Assembly (NCBI GenBank): GCA_035448825.1
Contig: DAOTJS010000004.1
Coordinates: forward strand, 29,339 to 93,338
DNA: 64,000 nt
Reading direction: 5' to 3'
Source of the DNA: Fidelibacterota bacterium
Lineage (GTDB): Bacteria; Fidelibacterota; UBA2242
The stretch's first letter is position 1. The number at the start of each line of letters is the position of its first letter. Shown piece after piece: positions 26,410-35,844 of the stretch. Made by a program: the position numbers and the translations under genes. The notes beneath the pieces were generated by a model, which had not been told where the DNA came from, made no database searches, and saw only the letters and a program-made list of their open reading frames with translations.

Positions 26410-27054
26410 CTAAGTAGTTTCGGCTTCGATTAAATACAAATCCTCCCGATCAATTACCTCGCAAATCCTAAACGACATCCTTTCCAGACGAGTAACGACT
26501 TCTACTGCAGGCGGTAATAAATCGCCGCTAACCGGAAATCCGATCTGACGATGTTTGGAATTAATTACCTCCCGACCGTGGGGATGAACTATCAGTAGGC
26601 GTCCGCCGGATTTTAAAACGCGGCGATAATCAGACAAAGCTTGACAACTGTTTTTAATATGCGGAAAAATGCAATAATTCAGAACTACATCAATACTGTC
26701 GCTCTTCAAAGGTAACTCTTCACAGTAGCCAGCCCAGAGGGGTATTGTATTATTCGGAAAACGACAGCGGCTTTCGCTCAGCATCTTTCTGGAAATGTCG
26801 CAGGCGATAATAGTTGCCAGCGGTACGATTTCTTTCAATATCGGAAATAAATTCCCTGTTCCACAGCCGGCATCCAGAATTACTCCGGATTCAGGTAATT
26901 GGACTGATTTCAAAATTTTCTCGGCTTGAATTCGATCCAATTCGGATAAGTGCCAGCCGGCCGCTTGCTCATCGAAATATTTAATATTATTCTTATAACC
27001 TGCCGTATTCATTTGTCTAAAATAAATCAATACTTCAAGGTTATCCCGATCCAA
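26410..27054 (-). CDS. Class I SAM-dependent methyltransferase
   Basis: Motif I VILDAGCGTGNLF and the post-I acidic residue in IIACDIS. The likely real start is ATG 27012 (MNTAGYK), which removes the overlap with the upstream receptor gene. Confidence 0.75.
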   Translation of the reverse strand: MDRDNLEVLIYFRQMNTAGYKNNIKYFDEQAAGWHLSELDRIQAEKILKSVQLPESGVILDAGCGTGNLFPILKEIVPLATIIACDISRKMLSESRCRFPNNTIPLWAGYCEELPLKSDSIDVVLNYCIFPHIKNSCQALSDYRRVLKSGGRLLIVHPHGREVINSKHRQIGFPVSGDLLPPAVEVVTRLERMSFRICEVIDREDLYLIEAETT

Positions 27055-28910
27055 AAGTTGCGGCCCGGCAAAGGATAATGGTACATAGTTTCATATTTCA
27101 CATTGGTCAGATTCTCAATTTCGGCAGTTAGATCAACGAATTGGTTGATTACGTAGCTACTCCGCCAGTTTAGCAGCCAGTAACTATTTAAACGTTTATA
27201 GACCGGTTGTCCATAACTGTACGGATTGGCGACACTATAAAGATTGTTAACCCACTGGCTCTGTAAAGTCAGATGTACCTTTTCGGTCGGATTCCAGCGC
27301 AAACTAAGATCGCATTTTTGGCTGGGATTGCCGCTGACTTTCCGAGACGCAGAATTGACACTCATCGTCCAGGAAGTGGAAAAATTTCGGGCGATAATTA
27401 ATTGTCCTTCCCATTCGATACCTTTTAAAACTACCTCACCGCGATTTTGATAAACCGGCAGGCCGGAGACAAAACCCTTTTCGATCAAATTTTCGGCTCT
27501 CGTATTATAAAATGACAGAGTCGTTGTCAGCCGTCCGACGATTTCTTTCTCAACGATAAATTCCAGATTAGTCGAAAGTTCCGGTTTTAAATCAGTAGTT
27601 GACGGAATGAATAAATAAAGTTCATTGATCGTCGGATTGCGGTAGCCTCTGGCAAATTGAGTTTTCAGATACCAACCTTCTGGTAAACGGAGAGCTATAC
27701 CGAGCGCTGGTATCCATTCCGCACCGACAACCGAATGATGGGTATAGCGCAATCCACCGTCGAGATTAGCGCATGAAAATAATTTGCGGTTAAATTGAGT
27801 AACGAGGCTTTGTTCGGCGACGGAGTGCTTTTTCCAGGTCGAATCCAACCAGGCTTTGCCACCATACTGACGCCAATCTATCCCTACCATTACGCGTGAC
27901 TTTTCAGAATGGTAGAAAGTCTCGGTCAATATCAAACCCGCCGTGTAATCATCCGATAAATATTTATTCGGATCATCAATATCATGATGCCCACAATTAT
28001 AATGCAATTTCAAATCGCTAACCAATTTCACTCGATTATGATTCAAAGTCAGATCACCACCGCGCCGTTGGATGTCATAGCGATGATTGGTAAAAGGATT
28101 GTCGGTTTGCCCCGGATCGTAAATTTCCATATTCGAAAAATAGGCATTGGCATCAGCCCGCCAGGCATTGTCAATTTGCCAGTGAGCTTCGGCGGTACCG
28201 TTCTGATTCGAATAATCGTCTCTCCCGTCCGTTCGGTATCCGTCACTGCTAACCGTCCCAACCGTTCCCGAGACTCCCCAACTTTTCCGTTCGAACGACT
28301 GATAAAGATTTAATTGATGCGAATTAAAACTACCGAACCTAACAGGCATACGCAAATGGTAACCCGGTTCGGCTTTATGATCCGTGATAATATTAATCGC
28401 TCCGCCCATCGCATTCGAACCATACAAAAGGGAAGCCGGACCGCGCTGAACCTCGATTTTTTTGACATTTTCAGCAAAATAAACATCGCCCAGCGGATGA
28501 CCGAAAAGTCCCATTACATCTGGACGGCCGTCTATTAAAACTAATACCTGAGTAGTCGGAAAACTACCGATACCTCTCAGAGAAATCTGACCACCCGCAC
28601 CACTGCTCAGTCCATATCCAAGATTCGTGCGCCTAGTAATAAATAATCCCGGCACATTTTCGGATAACAAATCCAGAAGTGGCGTCCCACTTTGTTCGCT
28701 TAATACATTTTCCGAAATGACTGTAATAGCAACCGGCAGTTCATGCCGATTTATCGCCGTGCGCGACCCGGTCACCACTACCGGATCGAACGGAAAAACT
28801 TTCAGCGTATCGGTATAAATTGCCGCAGAGTTTAAACTCACCGACATTAAAACAATTAATAAAAAAAATTTTAATCCATATTTAATATTCATTTTCCAAT
28901 CTCTTTCCAA
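27027..28910 (-). CDS. TonB-dependent outer-membrane receptor
   Basis: Plug-domain motifs PVVVTGSRT and ISLRGIG, a beta-barrel-length body, and a C-terminal GRNFWIGITLKY ending in an aromatic residue. The start is probably MNIKYG at 28892. Confidence 0.88.
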   Translation of the reverse strand: MERDWKMNIKYGLKFFLLIVLMSVSLNSAAIYTDTLKVFPFDPVVVTGSRTAINRHELPVAITVISENVLSEQSGTPLLDLLSENVPGLFITRRTNLGYGLSSGAGGQISLRGIGSFPTTQVLVLIDGRPDVMGLFGHPLGDVYFAENVKKIEVQRGPASLLYGSNAMGGAINIITDHKAEPGYHLRMPVRFGSFNSHQLNLYQSFERKSWGVSGTVGTVSSDGYRTDGRDDYSNQNGTAEAHWQIDNAWRADANAYFSNMEIYDPGQTDNPFTNHRYDIQRRGGDLTLNHNRVKLVSDLKLHYNCGHHDIDDPNKYLSDDYTAGLILTETFYHSEKSRVMVGIDWRQYGGKAWLDSTWKKHSVAEQSLVTQFNRKLFSCANLDGGLRYTHHSVVGAEWIPALGIALRLPEGWYLKTQFARGYRNPTINELYLFIPSTTDLKPELSTNLEFIVEKEIVGRLTTTLSFYNTRAENLIEKGFVSGLPVYQNRGEVVLKGIEWEGQLIIARNFSTSWTMSVNSASRKVSGNPSQKCDLSLRWNPTEKVHLTLQSQWVNNLYSVANPYSYGQPVYKRLNSYWLLNWRSSYVINQFVDLTAEIENLTNVKYETMYHYPLPGRNFWIGITLKY

Positions 28911-28919
28911 TCTCTGCTA

Positions 28920-29342
28920 TTATAAACCCGGTAGGTTTTTACCTGTTGAGGTAAAGGTCAATTTGCCATGTTTAACCCCGCGCAAACCAATCAGCCGCTC
29001 GGCGATATTCCGTATAGATGAGCACCGCCCGCGCAAGACGATTACCTCGAGACAATTATGTTGATCGAGATGAAAATGAATATTCGCCATAATATTCTGG
29101 TATGACTCGTGTTGCATAGACTTCAGTTTTGCCGCCAAATCAGCAACGTGATGATCGTAGATCAAGGTTAATGTTCCGACAACCTCGGCATCGGAATCAA
29201 CTTCCTTCTGGACTAAAAATTCCCGAATTAGGTCACGCAAGGCTTCCGAACGATTAGAGTAGCCTCTGCGTTGAATTTCATTGTCGTAGCGTAAAAGCAG
29301 GTCTTCCGGTAGAGAAACTCCGAATCTAATCAAGCCAGCCAT
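28920..29342 (-). CDS. nikR: Nickel-responsive transcriptional regulator NikR
   Basis: N-terminal ribbon-helix-helix IRFGVSLPEDLL...RSEALRDLIREFL. The C-terminal metal-binding domain has HFHLDQHNC, matching the HxHx5C high-affinity Ni site spacing. ATG 29342 is preceded by GAGGTGA (the track starts at GTG 29348). Confidence 0.88.
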   Translation of the reverse strand: MAGLIRFGVSLPEDLLLRYDNEIQRRGYSNRSEALRDLIREFLVQKEVDSDAEVVGTLTLIYDHHVADLAAKLKSMQHESYQNIMANIHFHLDQHNCLEVIVLRGRCSSIRNIAERLIGLRGVKHGKLTFTSTGKNLPGL

Positions 29343-29359
29343 ATTCACCTCGTAGCAAC

Positions 29360-29388
29360 ATTTTCAAATTTGTAACACAACGAGTCAA
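29360..29388 (-). promoter_or_regulatory. Sigma-70-like promoter candidate upstream of nikR
   Basis: Minus strand TTGACT (29388-29383), 17-nt spacer, GAAAAT (29365-29360). Confidence 0.3.
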
Positions 29389-29396
29389 AAAATATA

Positions 29397-30749
29397 TCAT
29401 TTTGGATTAATTTGCAAATTTAAATAGGGCATTTCGACGGTAAAGGTGCTCCCTTGCCCTATTTTACTCTCGACAAATATTTTGCCTTTATATCTTTCGA
29501 CGATTTGTTTGACGAGACTCAACCCTAAACCGGTTCCCAGGTTTTCCATTTCCCGAGCATTGGCACTGCGATAGAATTCCTCGAAAATTTTAGGCAGTTC
29601 ATCTGGGGCGATTCCGATCCCAGTATCGCTGACACAAAATCCGAAACATTGCTGTTTTATAAAGGGTAAAATCGTTACCTCGGCTCCGGCTGGGCTATAG
29701 CGAATGGCATTATTGATTAAATTGGAAAGCACCTTCTCCATGCTGACCGTATCTATATAAATCGCTGGTGATTGAGATAATTTCTTGACTATCAATGCAA
29801 TCTTTTTATTAGCGGCATAAATCTGTTGCTGTTCGACGACTTTGTCAATCCATTCTTGAAAATTAACCCTATCTAGTTTTTGTTCCATCAAGCCATATCG
29901 GTACTGCGTTACCTCAATCATTTCTTTGACCATTATCAAAACCTGATCAGTGCGTCGTACAGCTCGCTCGACCATTTCCTTTAATTCCGGTTGGAGACTG
30001 TCAGAATAAACTTCATCAATTACAGCCAGCATACTGCGAATGGTGGTCAATGGTGACTTGAGCTCATGCGCTGTGAAACGAAACATTTTATCGCGTTCCA
30101 GCATAGTTTGCTCGAGCAATTCGCTTTTTTGATCGATCACTCTTTTCAGCATTCGGTAGCCGGAGACGATATCTTTGATTACATAGGTAGCCGTGTAAAT
30201 CAAAATATAGAAGGCGGCTAAGGATACCAAATATACTTTTAAAGGAGCTGGTGAACCGCTCAGCGAATAGACATTTACTACTTTGAAATATTCGAGTCCC
30301 GACCATAAAGTCAACAAAAACGCCGCTACAGTGGCATTGATATAAGGCCAAATGCCCTGATAAAGAATCCCTGAAATGATAATATGCACGAGGTAAATGA
30401 AATAAAACGGATTATCAATACCGCCCGTATAATGAACCACAAACGAAATCAGAACAAAATCAAAAATTATCTGGATTTCGGTAAAGGCGATTTCCTGCCC
30501 GAAATTGACAAATTTGAAATACTTACATATAAAAAAATAGGTCACATTGAGAACAATAAAAACCACCGCCAGAGTATAAATCTGCGGGAATCCCAGACTA
30601 AATTTTAAAACTTGTTCGGCAATCGGAATTATCCCCAATAAACTGATTATGCCTATCCAGCGCAAGTTTACCAACCAGCTGATTCTGGTCTGCATCGTTT
30701 CCAGAGTATGAAAAGGCAGAATTAATTTATATGGTTCATTGGTAGCCAT
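29397..30749 (-). CDS. Membrane sensor histidine kinase (polytopic N-terminus)
   Basis: About six TM helices. H-box FTAHELKSPLTTI, N-box NLINNAIRYS, G-boxes SDTGIGI and GTGLGLSLV. Confidence 0.88.
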   Translation of the reverse strand: MATNEPYKLILPFHTLETMQTRISWLVNLRWIGIISLLGIIPIAEQVLKFSLGFPQIYTLAVVFIVLNVTYFFICKYFKFVNFGQEIAFTEIQIIFDFVLISFVVHYTGGIDNPFYFIYLVHIIISGILYQGIWPYINATVAAFLLTLWSGLEYFKVVNVYSLSGSPAPLKVYLVSLAAFYILIYTATYVIKDIVSGYRMLKRVIDQKSELLEQTMLERDKMFRFTAHELKSPLTTIRSMLAVIDEVYSDSLQPELKEMVERAVRRTDQVLIMVKEMIEVTQYRYGLMEQKLDRVNFQEWIDKVVEQQQIYAANKKIALIVKKLSQSPAIYIDTVSMEKVLSNLINNAIRYSPAGAEVTILPFIKQQCFGFCVSDTGIGIAPDELPKIFEEFYRSANAREMENLGTGLGLSLVKQIVERYKGKIFVESKIGQGSTFTVEMPYLNLQINPK

Positions 30750-30765
30750 ATTAATTTTTCTAACT

Positions 30766-31227
30766 TTATGAGAAAAAATGCTTAAGGCCGGCTTTTACCG
30801 AGTCGGATAGTGATTGCCCGACTCCAGTATTTTCCGGCTGGATTCCGAGATAATAAATCGCACAGGGTTTTTCGTAAGTTAAATAGTCGGCGATGAGGCT
30901 AATCGAAAAGGCGTGAGTACTAAAATCGGACGATTTCAGATATTTTGCTTCCAGGAATTTTACTGTTCCGGGCTTATCCTGAAAGTGCGCCGCATCTATA
31001 AAAACTACAGCCAGCGGATTTTTATCAGCGATTTTTTGCAAATAATTCTCCGGATTAGTTCCCGCAAAAATGAATTTCGATTTTTTGAATTCTTCACAGT
31101 GCATCAACTTATTCAGCAATAATTGGCTGGCATTATCATCACCACAATCCGGATTACCTAATCCTACAAAAACTATTCGGTCGCTATTATAAACGGCTAA
31201 AGTTTTACTTAGATCATCAAAATTCAT
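30766..31227 (-). CDS. hycI: Hydrogenase maturation endopeptidase (HycI/HyaD family)
   Basis: VFVGLGNPDCGDDNAS (GxGNxxxGDD), ...IDAA..., and a C-terminal LGIQPE, collinear with my recollection of E. coli HycI. Confidence 0.85.
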   Translation of the reverse strand: MNFDDLSKTLAVYNSDRIVFVGLGNPDCGDDNASQLLLNKLMHCEEFKKSKFIFAGTNPENYLQKIADKNPLAVVFIDAAHFQDKPGTVKFLEAKYLKSSDFSTHAFSISLIADYLTYEKPCAIYYLGIQPENTGVGQSLSDSVKAGLKHFFS

Positions 31228-31819
31228 CTTTCACGACGATTTTATGGCGACATTTCGGACAAACCAATTTAACGTAATCTTCGCGGCGCAGGCGGTCTTT
31301 CACATGCGAATCGGGTATCTCGCTAAATTGTTGCTGAGTAATCAGGAGCAAATTCGGATTAGCGTACGATTTTGCGCCTAAGCGCTCTTTGACAAAAAGG
31401 AGTTGATCAAAACTGGCAATTTTAGTGCCGCAGGCTTCACAAAGAGCCAGCTCTTTTTCCACCAAATTATAGACTGCCTGGTCTTTTAAATCTGAGATGG
31501 CGAGCGAGTAATTTTTCGAAAGTTGGATGCCTTTGCCCGTGATACATTTTTCCTCGCACTGGCCGCACTGAGCGCAGGCAGTATAATCAACCCGCAGAAT
31601 GCGCCGGCGAGTGGCAATATCGTCAGTGACGGAAATAGCACCCGTCGGACAAACCTGCGCGCAGGTACCGCAACCGACACAATATTCTTTATGATATTCC
31701 GGGAATCCGCGAAAACCCTCCGCCGGCTGATGCGGTTTAGCCGGAAACTTAGTTGTAAATGGTAGTGAAAAAAGCGACCGCAAGGCTTCGCTTAGTTCTC
31801 TTAATTTCGGCAAATACAT
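31217..31819 (-). CDS. mbhN: 2x[4Fe-4S] ferredoxin-type hydrogenase subunit (MbhN/NuoI-like)
   Basis: CVGCGTCAQVCP and CAQCGQCEEKC cluster motifs, plus an extra CxxC...CxxC tail (CEACG, CPKCRH). Confidence 0.8.
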   Translation of the reverse strand: MYLPKLRELSEALRSLFSLPFTTKFPAKPHQPAEGFRGFPEYHKEYCVGCGTCAQVCPTGAISVTDDIATRRRILRVDYTACAQCGQCEEKCITGKGIQLSKNYSLAISDLKDQAVYNLVEKELALCEACGTKIASFDQLLFVKERLGAKSYANPNLLLITQQQFSEIPDSHVKDRLRREDYVKLVCPKCRHKIVVKDEF

Positions 31820-31829
31820 AGCGGTCTCC

Positions 31830-32168
31830 CTATTCCTTTAATTCATGGTCTTCTTGGTACTGATCCACGACAGTTTTTTTAGTCAGCTGAATGCCACTAC
31901 GATGCGCCGCCCGTGCAATGACATGCGCTGCCACCGGCGAGGTCAGGAAAATAAAGGCAATTCCGATCAGCACTTTAAAACCGAAACTATTGAAGCCCTG
32001 GAGAATGAAGACTCCAAATAGTAAACCAGCTGAGCCGAAAGTCACACATTTGGTAGCCGCCTGCAAACGATTGTAAACATCCGGCAAACGCACCAGCCCC
32101 AGCACTCCCAGAAAATCAAAAGTTACCCCAATCAGGATGAACGCCATGCCAATTAACGTTCTAATCAT
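31830..32168 (-). CDS. mrpG: Mrp/Mnh antiporter subunit G
   Basis: 112 aa, 3 TM. Family motif LGLVRLPDVYNRLQAATK. Confidence 0.8.
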   Translation of the reverse strand: MIRTLIGMAFILIGVTFDFLGVLGLVRLPDVYNRLQAATKCVTFGSAGLLFGVFILQGFNSFGFKVLIGIAFIFLTSPVAAHVIARAAHRSGIQLTKKTVVDQYQEDHELKE

Positions 32169-32499
32169 CGAGCGACCTCCCTTCTAAAATTTTGGCAAAC
32201 GCCAGCGAGGCAATAAAGCTCAAAAGCGCCCAGATTAATCCAATATCCATAAAGAAGGACTGATCATAATACAAGCCCAGTAGCGCCAGCATACCGACAA
32301 TTAATATGCCCAGAATATCTACCGCCACAATCCGGTCGGCGGCTGTCGGCCCGACAATGACTCGGTATACCACGAATAAGGCGCTGAAGAGAATGACATT
32401 GATCAATTTGATATAAATCGAACCCGTATAAATGAAAAAATTAGCATACATAAAGGCGCCGATCAGAACAAACCCAATCGCCCATCGCAGAATTCTCAT
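32161..32499 (-). CDS. mrpF: Mrp/Mnh antiporter subunit F
   Basis: 112 aa, 3 TM. Motif GPTAADRIVAVD. Confidence 0.8.
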   Translation of the reverse strand: MRILRWAIGFVLIGAFMYANFFIYTGSIYIKLINVILFSALFVVYRVIVGPTAADRIVAVDILGILIVGMLALLGLYYDQSFFMDIGLIWALLSFIASLAFAKILEGRSLDD

Positions 32500-33008
32500 T
32501 CCAAAACCTCCCTGATAAGCTTTTCAAAACGGCCACCAATAGAACGAGTATTTTCATCAACATCGGTAGATTTAACCTCAATACAATGAATGTAAATTTC
32601 CCGCGTTTCCGGATTAATGTCCACGGTCAGAGTACCCGGCGTCAAAGTAATCGAGCTGGTTAATACGGTCAAAGCCGAATCTTTGGTTAATTTACTCTTG
32701 ATTTTGATAATGCCAGGCCGGATTGGCAAAGTCGGATTAATGACAATCAATGCCACGTGGATATTGGCTTTGATCATTTCCCACAGAAATATAAATAAAT
32801 AGACAATGCCCATTAAAAAGCGTCGAACCGGATGCCGGCTTTTTTCCGTTGTAACCAGAAATGTCCCGGCGATCAAACTAACCAAAAATGCCACTATTAT
32901 GCCAGCTATTACTTCCTGAATGTCAGTTATATCCGTCAGCGCTACCCAAACCAAAAATGAAAGCACAAACACAATAGCGCGACTGCGATTCTTGATGGTC
33001 ATTTTCAC
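32496..33008 (-). CDS. mrpE: Mrp/Mnh antiporter subunit E
   Basis: 170 aa. Motif ITLTPGTLTVD, and its position lies between the D and F subunits. Confidence 0.75.
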   Translation of the reverse strand: MKMTIKNRSRAIVFVLSFLVWVALTDITDIQEVIAGIIVAFLVSLIAGTFLVTTEKSRHPVRRFLMGIVYLFIFLWEMIKANIHVALIVINPTLPIRPGIIKIKSKLTKDSALTVLTSSITLTPGTLTVDINPETREIYIHCIEVKSTDVDENTRSIGGRFEKLIREVLE

Positions 33009-34477
33009 CTCCCCAATATCCGTGTTATGTAGCCGGTTTTATTCATAATCACCTCAACTACCGGATCGAGGGTCACTTCTCTAATTCCCGGAATTATCAA
33101 AGCGCTGGTTGCCAGGCAAAGGATCGCCAGCACAATCATCGCCGATTGCATACCCCAACCTACTTTAGCTTTATCGGCGGTAACTGTTTTCTCGCCATGA
33201 AAACCATAACGTTGAACTTTCATAAACGAACCTAACGTCAATAAACTACCAAGTCCAGCTAAAAAGGCAACTACTGGACGACCGACCTGAATGGCGGCGA
33301 TGAAAATTATCAATTTGCTAAAGAAGCCATTGAACGGCGGGATTCCCGAAATCGAAAGCGAAGCCACCATCGAAGTAAACGAAGTCACCGGCAACTCTTT
33401 GGAAACTTTGCCCATTTGACGCAAATCGCGTGTACCTAGCGCCATTTCCAGCGAACCGGCATTCAAAAACAACAAAGCCTTGAATATGGCGTGATTCAAA
33501 AGATGAAAAACAGCACCTAATAGACCTAAAGTCGTTCCTAACCCCACACCGATAATAATGTACCCGATCTGGCTAATGCTATGATAGGCAAGCAGACGTT
33601 TAACATCCCACTGCCCCAGAGCCAAGAAAACCCCTATAACCATCGAAACGGTACCCAGAACTAGAAAAACTTCGCTGAACACTGGCATCTCGCCAAAGAC
33701 ATTGAAAAAAAGCCTGATAAGCACATACACACCCAGGGCTTTTATCAATACCCCGGAAAGCATCGCCGAGATCGGCGCCGGTGCGGAAGAATGTGCATCC
33801 GGCAACCAGGCGTGAAACGGCATAATAGCGGCTTTCAGCCCGAAAGCCGCCACAAATAGTCCACCGCTCCAATACATCACGGTTGGATTTTGCGGCAAAC
33901 GCTCAGCGATCAAAGCCATCGTCAAGGTTGAGGTTGCCGAATAAATTATCCCAATACCTACTAGCACTAAGGTTGATGAAATTGAACCCATAATAGCATA
34001 TTTGAAGGACGCCTCAAATTCCTCCGCGCGGTTACCATAAGCCACCAGCCCGTAAGCCGCGAAAAGCGTGATTTCGACAAAAACAAACAGATTGAATAAA
34101 TCGCCAGTCGCTATAACGCCGTTCATTCCACCCGTCAGCAACATAAATAAAGCGTAATACTTCCAGGACGGCGATAAATTTCTAATATACTGCACCGAAA
34201 ACATAATCGCCGTTAAAGCGATGACGCTGATAATCATCAGCATAAAGGCCGAAAGAGCATCAACTGCCAGAATAATGCCCAGCGGCGGTTGCCAGCGCCC
34301 CATTTCATAAACCAGAGTACGCCCATTCAACGAAACGAAACAATACACCGAAAGAATTAGAAGTGAAACCACGGCGAGAATCGAAAGAATTACCGCCCAA
34401 TTGTCTCGCTCTCCGGCAATCAAAGTAATTATAAAAGCCGTCAATAATGGAATTATGATAAAAAATGGGAGGATCAT
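33005..34477 (-). CDS. mrpD: Mrp subunit D / NuoN-M-like proton-conducting antiporter subunit
   Basis: 490 aa, polytopic. HAWLPDAHSSAPAPISAMLSGVLIK signature. Confidence 0.88.
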   Translation of the reverse strand: MILPFFIIIPLLTAFIITLIAGERDNWAVILSILAVVSLLILSVYCFVSLNGRTLVYEMGRWQPPLGIILAVDALSAFMLMIISVIALTAIMFSVQYIRNLSPSWKYYALFMLLTGGMNGVIATGDLFNLFVFVEITLFAAYGLVAYGNRAEEFEASFKYAIMGSISSTLVLVGIGIIYSATSTLTMALIAERLPQNPTVMYWSGGLFVAAFGLKAAIMPFHAWLPDAHSSAPAPISAMLSGVLIKALGVYVLIRLFFNVFGEMPVFSEVFLVLGTVSMVIGVFLALGQWDVKRLLAYHSISQIGYIIIGVGLGTTLGLLGAVFHLLNHAIFKALLFLNAGSLEMALGTRDLRQMGKVSKELPVTSFTSMVASLSISGIPPFNGFFSKLIIFIAAIQVGRPVVAFLAGLGSLLTLGSFMKVQRYGFHGEKTVTADKAKVGWGMQSAMIVLAILCLATSALIIPGIREVTLDPVVEVIMNKTGYITRILGR

Positions 34478-34818
34478 CCTGATAACCTCTTGATTTTAGT
34501 AATATCAAATGTTTTATTTTTCTCGAATAATCGGATGGCAAGCGCTACCAGCATAGCCGTTATACCAAGTTCAATGACGATCGAAGTCAACACCAACGCT
34601 TGCGGCAAAGGGTCAACCATCACTCGTTCGCTGACGGCTTTGCCTTCTTCTAAAATCGGATAAATCGCTCCTCTTTTGTATCCGAATAAAACCAGCATCA
34701 AATTTGTGGCGTAGCCCGTAATCCCGGAGGCAATAATAAGACGAACCAGGTCGCGTTTAACCAACAAGCCATAAATACCGACAAGTAATAATGCAAAACA
34801 TAACAGATAAACGATCAT
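34474..34818 (-). CDS. mrpC: Mrp subunit C / NuoK-like
   Basis: 114 aa, 3 TM, overlapping start and stop with its neighbours. Confidence 0.75.
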   Translation of the reverse strand: MIVYLLCFALLLVGIYGLLVKRDLVRLIIASGITGYATNLMLVLFGYKRGAIYPILEEGKAVSERVMVDPLPQALVLTSIVIELGITAMLVALAIRLFEKNKTFDITKIKRLSG

Positions 34819-35264
34819 TTTTCACCTCCCTCGTTTATATGGAAAATCGCCAGTGTCCAGACCACGGTGAATAATCCCATAGCCACCTTGATCCCGATAA
34901 TAATATTTAACAATAGAATATTCCCGGAACTGAGCAGATTAAAAAGCGTCCCTTTACTTAAAAAATTGGCTAAAAAACCGCCGCTGATAGAAATTCCTAA
35001 AATGCCAATCGCCATATATATCGCACCGCAGGCTGGTTCCAAATCGTGCAGAAATTCGACATTGACCCAGTGCGTAACGGTTTCGCGACCATAGGTTAAC
35101 ATCACATTGAGAAATGCTAACGCGATCACCACCCCGCCAGCAAAACCGCCGCCGGGACTCAAATGACCGTGCAAAATTATATAGATTCCGTAGAGAATGA
35201 TCAACCAGACACTGACCCGCGTCACGGTTTTGGCGATTAATGTTAAACCAGGTTCTTGTTTCAT
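34815..35264 (-). CDS. mrpB: Mrp subunit B domain protein (MnhB)
   Basis: 149 aa. Motif GHLSPGGGFAGGVV. Confidence 0.8.
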   Translation of the reverse strand: MKQEPGLTLIAKTVTRVSVWLIILYGIYIILHGHLSPGGGFAGGVVIALAFLNVMLTYGRETVTHWVNVEFLHDLEPACGAIYMAIGILGISISGGFLANFLSKGTLFNLLSSGNILLLNIIIGIKVAMGLFTVVWTLAIFHINEGGEK

Positions 35265-35812
35265 TTTTCGCTTTCCTCTTCTTTTTTCTTATTCGATTTC
35301 ACCCTTAGAATAGTCAGCGTTCCTAAAACCGCTACGAATAATACGGTGGCTTCTCCCAGCGTATCATAACCGCGGTAATCCAGAACTATCGAAGCCACGA
35401 TATTGGCCGAACCGGTTTCTCTGGCAGCATTTTCCAGATAGTGTTGCGAAGTGGTCATCAGTGGCTCGCCAAAAGGCGGCAAAGCTTTGAAAACATTGAT
35501 GCTTAATATAAAAATGGCAACTAGAACTGCCATTACGATAATCGTTCTACCCCTATGTTTGGATTTCGTATCGCTGAAATGATATCCCGGTTTCATAAAG
35601 GCTCGCACCATTATCACTATCGCAAAAATCTCGAACAGAAACTGGACAATTGCCAGGTCGGGCGCCTGTAAAAGCAAAAATGCCATAGACAGTCCCAACC
35701 CGACAATTCCCACCGCAATGATCGCTGAGAGCAAATCCTTGATCTCGAGCGCGGCAATCGAACCTACTAACATAAAACCCAAGATAAAAATCAACCACGT
35801 TTCAGTCGGCAT
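35261..35812 (-). CDS. MrpA C-terminal-like / MbhD-like membrane subunit (DUF4040-type)
   Basis: 183 aa, polytopic, with LLQAPDLAIVQFLFE. It sits between the NuoL-like and MnhB subunits, as in split MrpA arrangements. Confidence 0.65.
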   Translation of the reverse strand: MPTETWLIFILGFMLVGSIAALEIKDLLSAIIAVGIVGLGLSMAFLLLQAPDLAIVQFLFEIFAIVIMVRAFMKPGYHFSDTKSKHRGRTIIVMAVLVAIFILSINVFKALPPFGEPLMTTSQHYLENAARETGSANIVASIVLDYRGYDTLGEATVLFVAVLGTLTILRVKSNKKKEEESEK

Positions 35813-35844
35813 TTATTCCTCCATAAAATATTCAATCGTCAACA

